A stretch of DNA of 64,000 nt from assembly GCA_963793305.1 (NCBI GenBank), contig CAWBZV010000006.1:39874-103873 (forward strand). The letters are read 5' to 3'. Positions 9,905 to 19,825 of the stretch are shown piece after piece (position 1 is the stretch's first letter; each line of letters opens with the position of its first letter). The notes beneath the pieces were generated by a model that made no database searches, was not told where the DNA came from, and was given only the letters and a program-made list of their open reading frames with translations. The translations under genes were made by a program, and so were the position numbers. This stretch comes from an uncultured Gemmatimonadales bacterium. GTDB taxonomy: Bacteria > Gemmatimonadota > Gemmatimonadetes > Gemmatimonadales > Gemmatimonadaceae.

Positions 9905-12900
9905 TTAGAAACCCGCGTTGAAGCCGATGGTGAACTGACGCGTCTGGGGATAGGAGCCGAAGTCGATGCCTTGCGCCAACGGGTTCGTCGCGTATTGCGT
10001 GACCTCGGGATCGAACCCTTTGTAATTGGTGACCGTGAAGAAGTTCTGCGCGCTCACGTAGATCTGGGCATTGGTCACGTTGCGCAGGCGTACGTACCGC
10101 AGCCACGCCCCCGGCAGATTGAAGTCCAGCCGAATGTTCTTGCCGCGGAGGTACGTGCCGTCCTCCACGAACAGCGTCGACGGCTTCGTCTGGAATCCCA
10201 AGTTGTTGGACGCCGGCTCGGGGACGCCGTTCGTCCCCTTGTCGAAGTACTCGTCGACGAGCCCGTTCCCGGTTCCACCGTTCTGGAGCAGCATCGCGCG
10301 GTTGATGTCATAGATCTTGTTGCCGACGCTCCACTGCAGGAAGACCGTCAGTCCGAACCGTCCGGCCGTGAAGTGGTTCGTCATGCCACCGGTGTACAGC
10401 GGCTGGGCATTGCCGATGATCGTCTGGTCGCCCGAGCTGACCACGCCGTTCGACGAGCCGAGGTGGTACAGGTCCTTGTACACTGGCTGGCCGTTCTGCA
10501 TGCCTTGATACACGTAGCCGTAGAACGCGTCGATCGGTTGGCCGACTTTGAGCACGGTCGGGTTGATGACCGCGCCGTTGCCGATGCCGCCGGCGACGTA
10601 TGGGTTGATGATGATCGTATCGCCCTGGTTCCCCAGCTTCGTGATCTTGTTGGCGTTCCAGGCGAGGTTGAGGGAGGTCGACCACCCGAAGACGCCGGTC
10701 AGGTTCACGGTGTTGAGCCCGAGCTCGTACCCGACATTCTGCAGGTCGCCAATGTTCTGGAGCTGGGTCGTGTACCCGAGGATCGACGGCACCGGCACAT
10801 TGAGCAGCAGGTCGTGGGTCCGCTTGTTGTAGTAGTCGGCCGTGACCGAGACCCGGTTCTTGAGGACCGACACATCGATGCCGGCGTCGAACTGGTCCGT
10901 CGTCTCCCACCTGAGATCGGGGTTCGCCAGCGTCGTCGGCGCGTAGCCACTCACGCGGCCGTTGCCGAGCGCGTACGTATTGTTGGCGAGCGTCGCCAGC
11001 GCGTTGTAGTTGCCGATGTCCTGGTTGCCCGTGCGGCCGTAGCTCACACGGAATTTCAGGTCGTCGAAGACATTCAGCGCCCTGAGGAAACTCTCTTGCG
11101 ACGCGCGCCACGCGAAGGCGGCTGACGGAAACACGGCGTACTGATTATTCGAACCGAACTTGGACGACCCGTCATCGCGCAGCGTGGCGGTAAACAGGTA
11201 GCGATCCAGGATGCCGAAGTTCGCTCTCCCGAAGTATGACTCCAACGAGTTGTGTGGCGACCCGGTGAACACGCCGAGGTACGTCGCGGCATTATTGAGC
11301 CCGTTCGCCCCGAGGTTGTCCGTATTGAACGTCTGCGACTGACCGGAGATCGACTGCACGTTCGTGCGCTGGAACGTCATGCCACCGATCACGTCGATAT
11401 TGCTGAACGACCCGATATTGCGTGCGTACTTGAGTGTCGTCTCGTCGAGCCACGTCGTGGCGTCCACTTGTCCGCGACTCCCCTGTCCGCCCAACAGCTC
11501 GCCCGGCAACGTCGTCGACGGCGAGTAGAAATCCTGCAACGACGAGAGGTAGTCGATGCCCGCCGAGTTGCGCAGGGTGAGGTTCGGGAGGAGATCCCAT
11601 TCGCCGAACAGGCCGCCGACGACGCGATCCTGCGTCTCCTGGTTCGTGATCAACCGGGCGGAGGCGACGGGATTGGCGAAGAACAGGTTACTCGCGGGAT
11701 CGATCCCGGTGAAGTACGAGCCAGTCGAGGTCTTGACCGGCAAGGTCGGGTTGGCCGACATCGCGTTGATCAGGACGGACGACGCGTCCGCGCCGGCGCC
11801 ACCGTTCGGCATGACGTCGCCTTGCTCGCGGCTCGCGGTCACGTTCGTTCCGACGCGGAACTTCTTCCCGATGTTGTCATCGAGGTTGAGCCGGAACGAG
11901 CCGCGCGTCAAATCGGTGCCGACGATCACGCCTTCCTGCTGCAGCAGGTTGCCGGAGACGAAGTACCGCGTATCGGGGCTGCCGCCGCCCACGGACAGAT
12001 CGAGATTGCTCGTCGGCGCGGCGCGGAAGATCTGGTCCTCCCAGTTGGTTCCGGTGCCGAACGCGGTGACCTGCGCCGGCGTGTAGAGGGCCGGGGCGCC
12101 AATGTTGGTGCGCGCGAGGTTCGCCACCGTCGCGAATTGCTGAGCGTCCATGAGCGGGAGTTTGTTCCGCACGCTCGAGGAGCCGTAGTAGCCGCTGACG
12201 TTGACCTGCGGGGTGCCGGCGCGTCCGCGCTTGGTGGTAATGAGAATGACGCCGTTCGCCGCCCGCGCGCCGTAAATCGAGGTCGCCGACGCGTCCTTCA
12301 GCACGTCGATCGACTGGATATCGTCCGGGTTGAGCCCGGCCAATGGACTGAGCCCACTCGGCCCCTGCACCTCGAGCGTACTGGACCCACTCGCCCTCAA
12401 CTCCTCGGGGCTCTGCAGCAACGGGATCCCATCGATCACGTACAGCGGATCGTTGCCAGCCGAAATCGAGTTGCCGCCGCGAATGCGCACCTCGGACGAC
12501 GTCCCAGGCTGGCCGTTCGACGTCACGACCGTCACACCGGCAGCCTTCCCCGTCAGCGCCTGGTCGAACTGCGGAACCGGCGCTTCCTCGATGTCGGCCG
12601 AGGTGACCGATGCCACGGCCCCGGTCAATTCCCGCCGTGACGTTGTCTCATACCCGATCGACACGACTTCGCTGAGTCGAACCGCGACCTCGTGCAGCGT
12701 GAAGTCGGCCGTCACCGTCTGCCCGGCGGCCACGGTCACCGTCTGGCTATCCCGCGCAAACCCGATGCGCGTCGCGCGCAGGATGTGGCTCCCTTCGGGC
12801 ACGGCGTCAATGCGATACGTGCCGTCGGCGCCAGAGACCGCCCCGAGCCGCGTGTCCGCCACGCGTATCGTGACGCCCGTGACCGGTTCGCCGGACGCCG

Positions 12901-13363
12901 CAGCCGTCACGCGCCCGGTGATCGTCCCGGACGCCATGATCGCGCTCGTCGCTCCGCGACTCATGATCGTCGCGCGTCCGTCCTTGGTGAACACAATGTC
13001 CACCGGCGCATCGGACAGCACGTCGGTGAGCGCCGCGGCCACCGTGATGTCATCGGCCTTGAGGTGCACGATCCCGTCGAACGGAATCAGATCCGTAGCG
13101 TACGCGATATCGATCCCCGTCCGACGCGAGATCGCCGCGAGGGCGTCGCGGACCGACAGGCCATCGAGGTCGAGGGAGACCTGACGCTTGAGCATCGGCG
13201 TCCGGCTGACGTTGACGGGGACCATCTTGGTCGCCGAGGCCAGCAGCAGAAACCTCGGACCACTCACCGTCGCGTCGGCATACTGCTGCTGGGCTTCTAG
13301 TAGGTGCGCGCCTGAAGAAAAGAGCGCGGCGGCGAGCGCACAGCGTCGAACGAGTAGATGCAT
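9905..13363 (-). CDS. SusC/RagA TonB-dependent transporter with N-terminal signalling (STN-like) extension
   Basis: PLYVIDG, LNPDDIQSIDVLKDASATSIYGARAANGVILITTKRG, LRWETT, C-terminal YPQTRQFTIGFNAGF. Confidence 0.95.
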   Translation of the reverse strand: MHLLVRRCALAAALFSSGAHLLEAQQQYADATVSGPRFLLLASATKMVPVNVSRTPMLKRQVSLDLDGLSVRDALAAISRRTGIDIAYATDLIPFDGIVHLKADDITVAAALTDVLSDAPVDIVFTKDGRATIMSRGATSAIMASGTITGRVTAAASGEPVTGVTIRVADTRLGAVSGADGTYRIDAVPEGSHILRATRIGFARDSQTVTVAAGQTVTADFTLHEVAVRLSEVVSIGYETTSRRELTGAVASVTSADIEEAPVPQFDQALTGKAAGVTVVTSNGQPGTSSEVRIRGGNSISAGNDPLYVIDGIPLLQSPEELRASGSSTLEVQGPSGLSPLAGLNPDDIQSIDVLKDASATSIYGARAANGVILITTKRGRAGTPQVNVSGYYGSSSVRNKLPLMDAQQFATVANLARTNIGAPALYTPAQVTAFGTGTNWEDQIFRAAPTSNLDLSVGGGSPDTRYFVSGNLLQQEGVIVGTDLTRGSFRLNLDDNIGKKFRVGTNVTASREQGDVMPNGGAGADASSVLINAMSANPTLPVKTSTGSYFTGIDPASNLFFANPVASARLITNQETQDRVVGGLFGEWDLLPNLTLRNSAGIDYLSSLQDFYSPSTTLPGELLGGQGSRGQVDATTWLDETTLKYARNIGSFSNIDVIGGMTFQRTNVQSISGQSQTFNTDNLGANGLNNAATYLGVFTGSPHNSLESYFGRANFGILDRYLFTATLRDDGSSKFGSNNQYAVFPSAAFAWRASQESFLRALNVFDDLKFRVSYGRTGNQDIGNYNALATLANNTYALGNGRVSGYAPTTLANPDLRWETTDQFDAGIDVSVLKNRVSVTADYYNKRTHDLLLNVPVPSILGYTTQLQNIGDLQNVGYELGLNTVNLTGVFGWSTSLNLAWNANKITKLGNQGDTIIINPYVAGGIGNGAVINPTVLKVGQPIDAFYGYVYQGMQNGQPVYKDLYHLGSSNGVVSSGDQTIIGNAQPLYTGGMTNHFTAGRFGLTVFLQWSVGNKIYDINRAMLLQNGGTGNGLVDEYFDKGTNGVPEPASNNLGFQTKPSTLFVEDGTYLRGKNIRLDFNLPGAWLRYVRLRNVTNAQIYVSAQNFFTVTNYKGFDPEVTQYATNPLAQGIDFGSYPQTRQFTIGFNAGF

Positions 13364-13375
13364 AGACAGATTCCT

Positions 13376-14434
13376 CTAGTGGTGGCGCGGATGCAGAACG
13401 ACGGTCTGTCCGTGCCGCTCCTCGCGCAGATCGAGTGACAGCGCGATACGATCGATCACGATCGGCAGGGACTCGTTAGTGAACGACGCGGTCAACCGAC
13501 GGCTGCCGATCGACGTATCGGCAAGCTCCAGCAGATCGCGATCATACCACCGGCGCAACTCGGCAATCACTTCATTCAGCGGCGTATCCTGGAACACGAG
13601 GCGGCCTTCGGTCCACGCCAGGTACGCGCTCAGGTCGACACCATGCGTCACGGTGAGCACGGTGTGCGCGCCGCGGCGATCGAGTCGAGCCAGGCTTCCG
13701 GCATTGAGCACCATAGGCCCTTGCGACGAATCGACCGCAAACGCGACGGTCCCCTCGGACACGACCACCTCGGTCTCGGCGGACTGCGAATAGGCGCGGA
13801 CGCCGAAGGTCGTGCCGATATCCCGCACGACCGACGAGCTGGTGTGCACCGCGAACGGGTGCAGGCTGTCGTGGGCGACCTGGAAGTACCCGTCGCCGTC
13901 GAGGTACACATCGCGGGCGGAGTCGCCGAACGCACGCGCATAGCGCAGCCGGCTCGCCATCCCCAGCGCGACCCGAGTCCCGTCAGGGAGTCGCAAGGTC
14001 GCATGCTGGCCTCGGAGCGTGGAGACTTCGGCCATCGCATTCGCGTCCATGCGGGCGCGCACGCGTGGCGCGCCCGCGCGCCACACCGCGAAGCTCGCGC
14101 CGGCGATCACGAGCACGGCGGCCGCGATGCGCCAGATGGGGGTCCCGCTATCGCGGATGACAATGGCCGGGGCCGGGCGTTTGGCCCCGTGGATCAATAG
14201 AAAAGATGGGCGGTTTCGGACCCTCCGGGCCGCGTCGAACCGCCGCCATCCTTCGTCGACGCCCCACTCGTACGGCACCTGGCCACCGGCACGCCACGCG
14301 GCCTCGAGCTCGGCCACCACGCGCTCACGGCTCGGGTCTACCGCGATCCACCGGCGGATCGCCGCAGCCTCGTCGGCCGTGCACTGACCACTCACATATC
14401 GGGTGAGCCGGAGCCCGTCGATGTCTTCTTCCAC
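13376..14434 (-). CDS. FecR-family anti-sigma factor
   Basis: Single TM, LPDGTRVAL, RDVYLDGDGYFQV, IGTTFGV, AWTEGRLVFQDTPL. Confidence 0.9.
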   Translation of the reverse strand: MEEDIDGLRLTRYVSGQCTADEAAAIRRWIAVDPSRERVVAELEAAWRAGGQVPYEWGVDEGWRRFDAARRVRNRPSFLLIHGAKRPAPAIVIRDSGTPIWRIAAAVLVIAGASFAVWRAGAPRVRARMDANAMAEVSTLRGQHATLRLPDGTRVALGMASRLRYARAFGDSARDVYLDGDGYFQVAHDSLHPFAVHTSSSVVRDIGTTFGVRAYSQSAETEVVVSEGTVAFAVDSSQGPMVLNAGSLARLDRRGAHTVLTVTHGVDLSAYLAWTEGRLVFQDTPLNEVIAELRRWYDRDLLELADTSIGSRRLTASFTNESLPIVIDRIALSLDLREERHGQTVVLHPRHH

Positions 14435-14467
14435 TAATGGAGAAAACCCGCGAGGCCAGCTGAACCT

Positions 14468-15034
14468 TTACTTGAGGAGCGAGATCACTCCGGTCAGGAC
14501 CAGGAGATAGGGTCCGAGCTTGGCGCGTAACGCCTTGAGGGCGCGCCACATCTGTTGCTCGACGGTGCTGACGGAGATGCCGAGGCGAGCGGCGATCTCG
14601 GCGTTCGGAAGGTGCTCGTGGCGGCTCATCGAGAACACGAGCCGGCACCGCTCCGGCAGCTCCCGCATCGCGGCGACCGCCGCGTCACTCAACTCTTGCT
14701 CGACGACGGCGTTCTCGGCCTCACACGGCCGATCGTCCACGGCTTTCGACTGCCGAGCCTCGTATTGGGCCTCGACCTTACCGTGCCGGAGCGATCGCAA
14801 TGCCCGGTTTCGAGCCGCCGTATATAGGTACGGAACCGCCGGCATCGGAGCTCCCGAGCCGGCGGTTTTTTCCCATAGCGTTAGAAACAGATCCTGCACC
14901 AGCTCTCGGGCGGTATCCCGCGAGCCGACGTATCCATATACGAGGTCGCAGAGCCCCCCGTAGTGGCTTCGATACAGTACTTCGAACGTCTCCGCTGGTG
15001 TCGGTGCATGCGTGACGCCGAGCAGTGAGGCCAT
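14468..15034 (-). CDS. ECF RNA polymerase sigma-70 factor
   Basis: ELVQDLFLTLW, YLYTAARNRAL, LPERCRLVFSMSR, EIAARLGISVSTVE; adjacent to FecR. Confidence 0.92.
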   Translation of the reverse strand: MASLLGVTHAPTPAETFEVLYRSHYGGLCDLVYGYVGSRDTARELVQDLFLTLWEKTAGSGAPMPAVPYLYTAARNRALRSLRHGKVEAQYEARQSKAVDDRPCEAENAVVEQELSDAAVAAMRELPERCRLVFSMSRHEHLPNAEIAARLGISVSTVEQQMWRALKALRAKLGPYLLVLTGVISLLK

Positions 15035-15081
15035 GGCAAAATCATTAGCTTCCCGCCGTCGTTACGCAAGAGCGACCTGGC

Positions 15082-17189
15082 CTACACAGCTGCCGCCTCC
15101 TCTTCTGAGCTAACGCGATGGGGCTTGTGGGCCGCAATGACTTTTTCCGCGGTCTCGTGCGGCACGAAGTCATAATGATCGAACTCCATCGAGTAGCTGC
15201 CCCGCCCTTGCGTCATGGACACAAGGTCGTTCGCGTAGCTCAGCATCTCGGCCAGCGGCACCAGCGCCTTGATCGTCACATGGTGCCCGCGAGGATCACT
15301 CCCACTGATCTTTCCGCGTCGTGAGCTGATATCCCCCATGAGCTGCCCGGAATACGTGTCCGGTGCCTGCACCTGCACCTGCATCACGGGTTCCAACAGT
15401 ACGGGATGCGCCTGTCTCATCGCCTCTTTGAACGCGAGCGAGCCGGCGATCTTGAACGCCATGTCCGACGAATCGAACGTCGTGATACTTCCCGTCATAG
15501 AGGCTCACTCGAAAATCGACAACCGGGAACCCCGCCAAGAACCCACGGTCGGCGGCCTCTCGGATTCCCTTCTCGACCGAGGGGATCCAGTTCCGAGGAA
15601 TGGCGCCCCCGACGATGTCATCGACAAACTCGACCCCAGCCCCCCGAGGCAGGGGCTCGATCTTGATGCGGCACACGCCAAACTGCCCATGCCCACCGCT
15701 CTGCTTCTTGTGCTTGCCTTCCGCATCCGCATGCCCGCGAATCGTCTCGCGGAATGGTACGCGGGGTGGCTTGAGCGTCAGCGCGACATGATATCGCCGC
15801 CGGAGCTGCGCGACGACGACCTCAATGTGCTGCTGTCCGGCGCCGGAGATCAAGAATTCTTTGGTCTGCGGATCCCGCCTGAATCGCACGGCCGGATCGG
15901 CCTCGAGGATGCGATGAATGGCGACGCCAATGCGATCCTCGTCGGCGCGAGTCTTGGGCTCGACGGCGAACGTCAGTAACGGCTCGGGCAATGTTGCGGG
16001 CGGATAGACGATCGGCGCGGCCTTCTCGCCGAGCGTGTCGCCGGTCAGCGTGTCCTTGAGCTTGGCGATGGCGCCAAGGTCACCCGCGTGCACCTCTGGA
16101 ACCGCGACTCCGGTCTTGCCCTGCAGGACCTGCAGGTGCTGCATGCGCTCAGGAACACCCCGCGTGACATTTTGCAACGTTGCTTCGTTGCGCAGCACAC
16201 CGGACAGGACCTTGAAGCAGCTGATGCGCCCGGCGAACGGGTCCGAGATCGTCTTATAGACGAAGAGCGACACGGGCTCCTCGTCGCTGATGTTGCGCTC
16301 GAACGTCCGCGCCGTCCGATTGCGTCCCGTGCGCCGGCCCTCGCGCCGCGGGCGACGGCAGCATGTCGATGATGAAATCGAGAATGTCCGCCGTGCCGAT
16401 ATTGTGCGTGGCTGAGCTCAGCATGATGGGATGCAGCCGCCGCTCGGCGATCGCCGCGCGCATACCCTTCTTGAGATCCTCGACCGGCAACGTGCCTTGG
16501 TCGAAGAATTCCTGCATGAGATCGTCGTCACCCTCCGCGACGAGCTCGACGAGCGCCTCATGCGCCGCCTTCGCTTTCTCCGCGAGCTCCTTGGGAATCG
16601 GGCCGACCTTGGCCTTTCCATCGCCATCGGACGGATACTCGTGCGCTTCCATCGTCACGAGATCGACAATGCCGTGGAACTGGCGATCGGACCCGATCGG
16701 CAACTGCACGGGAACGGCTCCGCGCCCGAACGCCTCCTGCACCGACTGCACGGCGCGCTCGTAGTTGGCGAGCTCGCGATCCATGCCGTTCACGATGAAC
16801 GCGCGGGCCAGGTGATAGTCGTTCGCGTAATCCCAGACGGTTTCCGTGACGACCTGCACGCCCGCAGCGGCATCGACGAGGATGAGCGCCGCGTCCGCGG
16901 CAATCAGCGCCCCCTTCGTGTCGCACAAAAATGCCGAGTAGCCGGGAGTATCCAGAAAATTGACCTTATCCCCGTGCCACTCGGCGTACGCCATGCCCGT
17001 CTGAATCGAAACGTGCCGTGCCACTTCTTCCTCGTCCCAGTCGGTGACGGCGGTTCCGTCACCCACTTTACCGAGTCGTGGCGTCATCCCCGCGGTAAAA
17101 AGACACGCGGAGACGAGTTGTGTCTTGCCGGTGCCGCCGTGTCCTACGATTCCGACGTTCCGGATCGCATCAGTTACGTACGGTCTCAT
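15082..17189 (-). CDS. fusA: Elongation factor G paralogue (EF-G2-like), split by two 1-nt insertions (near 16302 and 15478)
   Basis: GHGGTGKT, DTPG, KHKKQSGGHGQFG, DGKYHDVDSSDMAFKIAG, LLEPVM, TQGRGSY across three consecutive ORFs; not in an str operon. Confidence 0.88.
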
Positions 17190-17341
17190 TTTGTGTCACC
17201 CCGGTGGCCGTTCCTTCCCGATATTACTCGCCGCGCGCGCATAGGCTAGCCACAAAACAGACTCAGCCATGACGATTTGAGAATTTGGGCGGGTGAGCCT
17301 CGTTCTTATCATCGCGGGAATTTCACAAACAGGAGACTGGA

Positions 17342-19720
17342 GTGCGTACGCTTCGCTTCGCTGCGGCGCTCGCCGTGGTGTATTTGATAGCCGCCTGTAG
17401 CACTAGTGGCCCCAGCGGGCCGCAAGCTGGGACGGTCAGTGGCACAATCTCGAGCTCCTTAGGGGGCGCAATCGCCAGCGCGACGGTGACCGTGACCCCG
17501 ACGAGCGGCACCGCCCCCGCGGCGGTCCAATCCGCGGCCAACGGCACGTACTCGGTCCCGAACGTCCCCGGTGGCGGCGGCACGGTCGCCGTCTCGAATG
17601 TCCCCGCCAACTGCACCGCGCCGGCGGCGGCATCATACAGTGGCGTGAACGCCAACACGGTCACCGTCAACGTTCAGGTGACATGCGTCCAGACCGGTAC
17701 CCTCATGGGAACGGTGACCAGCAGCCTGACCCAGGGCGCCGGCATCAGCGGCGCCACCGTCACCGTGACTCCGACGGGCGCGGCGGCGCTTCCCGGAGTC
17801 ACCACGAACTCCTCGGGCCAGTACTCGGTGCCGAACGTTCCCTACGGCTCCGGCACCATCGCGCTCTCGAACCTGCCGGCCGGGTGCACGGCGTCGGGGG
17901 CGTCCAACTATTCGCTGAATAGCTCGTCGAATTTGATCGACATCAATGTCCCGTGTACGGCCGTCAGCACGACGAGGCTGAACGTCGGCCAAGTCGCCCT
18001 CTTCACGGACTCGCCGCAATTCGCGACGAACCTCACGCTGGCGCCGAACGGCGTCTACATCATGGCGGTAGTGAACACCGACAGCGCGAGCTCGGCCACT
18101 GAAGATTTCACGCTGTCGGGCGCACTCAACGCTCAGGGCCCGAGTCGCGTCGCGTCGCGGCGAGCGCACGTCGCCGCGGGTCCACTCAAGCGCCGCGCCA
18201 CGCCACGCAGCGCTCGCGGGCCGGCACTCGATCCGCAACTGGCGCGTGACCTCGCGTTTGCGCGACGCGCCGAGGCGGGCCACGTCGCGCAGCTCGATCG
18301 CGACCTCCGAGGAGCGAGCGCGTTGAGAAGCGCGTCGGCCGCGTGGCGCGCCAATCGGGCCGGCAAGGCGGCACTGCCGGGCATCCGTGCGCAGTCGCTC
18401 GTCAGTACCGTGGTTGGCGACGTGAATCCGATCAATGTGCCGGTCCCGAGTTGCACGCAATTCACGACTATCGGCGCCAGGACCGTGTACGTCGGAGCGC
18501 ACGTGCAGATCGTCGCCGACACCAGCCTGACGAACTGGCCGGCGCAATATCGGCCCGATTCGTCGTACTACACGACATTGGGCCAGGAATACGACACGCT
18601 GACCTACGCCAAGCACCTCCTGACGTACATCGGCGATCCGCTGCAGTACGACGGGCAGCTGCCCCTCGGCGCCGGCAAAGTCACGATTGTCCTGACACCG
18701 GTGTTGAATGGCGAGAGCACGGGCGGCACGCAGGGCGGCGGAACGATCCTGGCCTTTGTATCCCCATGCGATCTCGTGCCGTCGTCGGTCGCGGCGAGCT
18801 CGAACGAGACCGAGATGATCTACCACCTCGTGCCGTCGGCGAGCTTCAGCGTCGCCTTCTGGCAGCGCGAGATCCGGCCGACGTTGGCTCACGAGTCGAA
18901 GCATATCGTCTCACTTGGCCAGCACATCTACATGCCAAGCGCTACGGTGTTCGAGCAGGTCTGGCTCGAGGAGGGATTGGCGCAGGTCTCGTCCGAGATC
19001 TGGGGTCGCAACTATAACGCTGCCACCTGGCGTGGCAACGCGGGATTCGCGGCGACGATCGGCTGCGAGGTGGCCGGTTTCGTCGAGGCGTGCAACACGC
19101 CAACAAGCCCGTACACGTTCCTCCCGAGTCACATGGCGTGGCTCGAGCAATGGCTGCAGACGGTCGACAGTGTCTCGCAAACGCTCAACGGCACGACGCC
19201 CGGCCGTTACGGCGCCGGATGGTCGATCGCGCGGTGGGCGATCGACCAGTACGCGAGCGGCAACACGCCGTCCGCGGAGGCGGCGACCATCAAGGCGCTG
19301 ATCGGCGACGTGACGCTGAACGGATTCGCGAACATCACCAGCGTCACCGGCGCGTCCGAGGTGCAGACCCTGCTCGACTGGAGCCTCGCGACGGCGCTCG
19401 ACACCGTGACGCTCGTCGACTCGGCGACGTTCATCCCGACCAGCATTCAGACGACGGTACCGAGCTTCGACTTCCGCAACATCTTCTCGGTGGCCGGGAA
19501 CGGTGGAGTCTATCCGCTAGCGGCGCCGCTTCGGCCGTTCATCGTGAACGCCGGACCGATCAACGGCTCCGTGACCGGCGTCTCTGGCACGGACCCGGTG
19601 TACATCGAGGTGATTGCCGGTGCGAGCGGCGGGACCGAGACCCTTCAACTCTTGAGCGGGGCTGGCGGGACCATTTCGCCGGCGAGCGGATTCCGAGTGG
19701 GGATCATCCGCGTGCAGTAG
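17342..19720 (+). CDS. Lipoprotein with two Ig/carboxypeptidase-regulatory-like repeats and a gluzincin-type metallopeptidase domain
   Basis: Lipobox IAAC; two ~87-aa repeats (ATVTVTPT...YSVPNVP...SN.PA.C); TLAHESKH followed by WLEEGLAQ. Confidence 0.75.
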   Translation: MRTLRFAAALAVVYLIAACSTSGPSGPQAGTVSGTISSSLGGAIASATVTVTPTSGTAPAAVQSAANGTYSVPNVPGGGGTVAVSNVPANCTAPAAASYSGVNANTVTVNVQVTCVQTGTLMGTVTSSLTQGAGISGATVTVTPTGAAALPGVTTNSSGQYSVPNVPYGSGTIALSNLPAGCTASGASNYSLNSSSNLIDINVPCTAVSTTRLNVGQVALFTDSPQFATNLTLAPNGVYIMAVVNTDSASSATEDFTLSGALNAQGPSRVASRRAHVAAGPLKRRATPRSARGPALDPQLARDLAFARRAEAGHVAQLDRDLRGASALRSASAAWRANRAGKAALPGIRAQSLVSTVVGDVNPINVPVPSCTQFTTIGARTVYVGAHVQIVADTSLTNWPAQYRPDSSYYTTLGQEYDTLTYAKHLLTYIGDPLQYDGQLPLGAGKVTIVLTPVLNGESTGGTQGGGTILAFVSPCDLVPSSVAASSNETEMIYHLVPSASFSVAFWQREIRPTLAHESKHIVSLGQHIYMPSATVFEQVWLEEGLAQVSSEIWGRNYNAATWRGNAGFAATIGCEVAGFVEACNTPTSPYTFLPSHMAWLEQWLQTVDSVSQTLNGTTPGRYGAGWSIARWAIDQYASGNTPSAEAATIKALIGDVTLNGFANITSVTGASEVQTLLDWSLATALDTVTLVDSATFIPTSIQTTVPSFDFRNIFSVAGNGGVYPLAAPLRPFIVNAGPINGSVTGVSGTDPVYIEVIAGASGGTETLQLLSGAGGTISPASGFRVGIIRVQ

Positions 19721-19737
19721 CATATCCGGACACGATA

Positions 19738-19809
19738 GTTCAAAACCGAACACCCGCGCAGTCGTAGATAGCGTGTAGTCAACGAGTTACTGTAGGCACG
19801 GGTCTTCCA
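19738..19809 (+). promoter_or_regulatory. Possible sigma54-type promoter architecture upstream of the ADOP gene
   Basis: GTTC-N6-GAAC palindrome (19738-19751), IHF-like AGTCAACGAGTTA (19777-19789), AGGCAC-N5-TTCC (-24 intact, -12 GC changed to CC). Confidence 0.35.
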
Positions 19810-19825
19810 TAGAGGAGCGGTCCAT

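Noticed and set aside
15082..17189. Programmed ribosomal frameshifting in fusA, gspE or gspG
   Set aside because: No slippery heptamers at the breaks, and the same +1 pattern affects many unrelated genes
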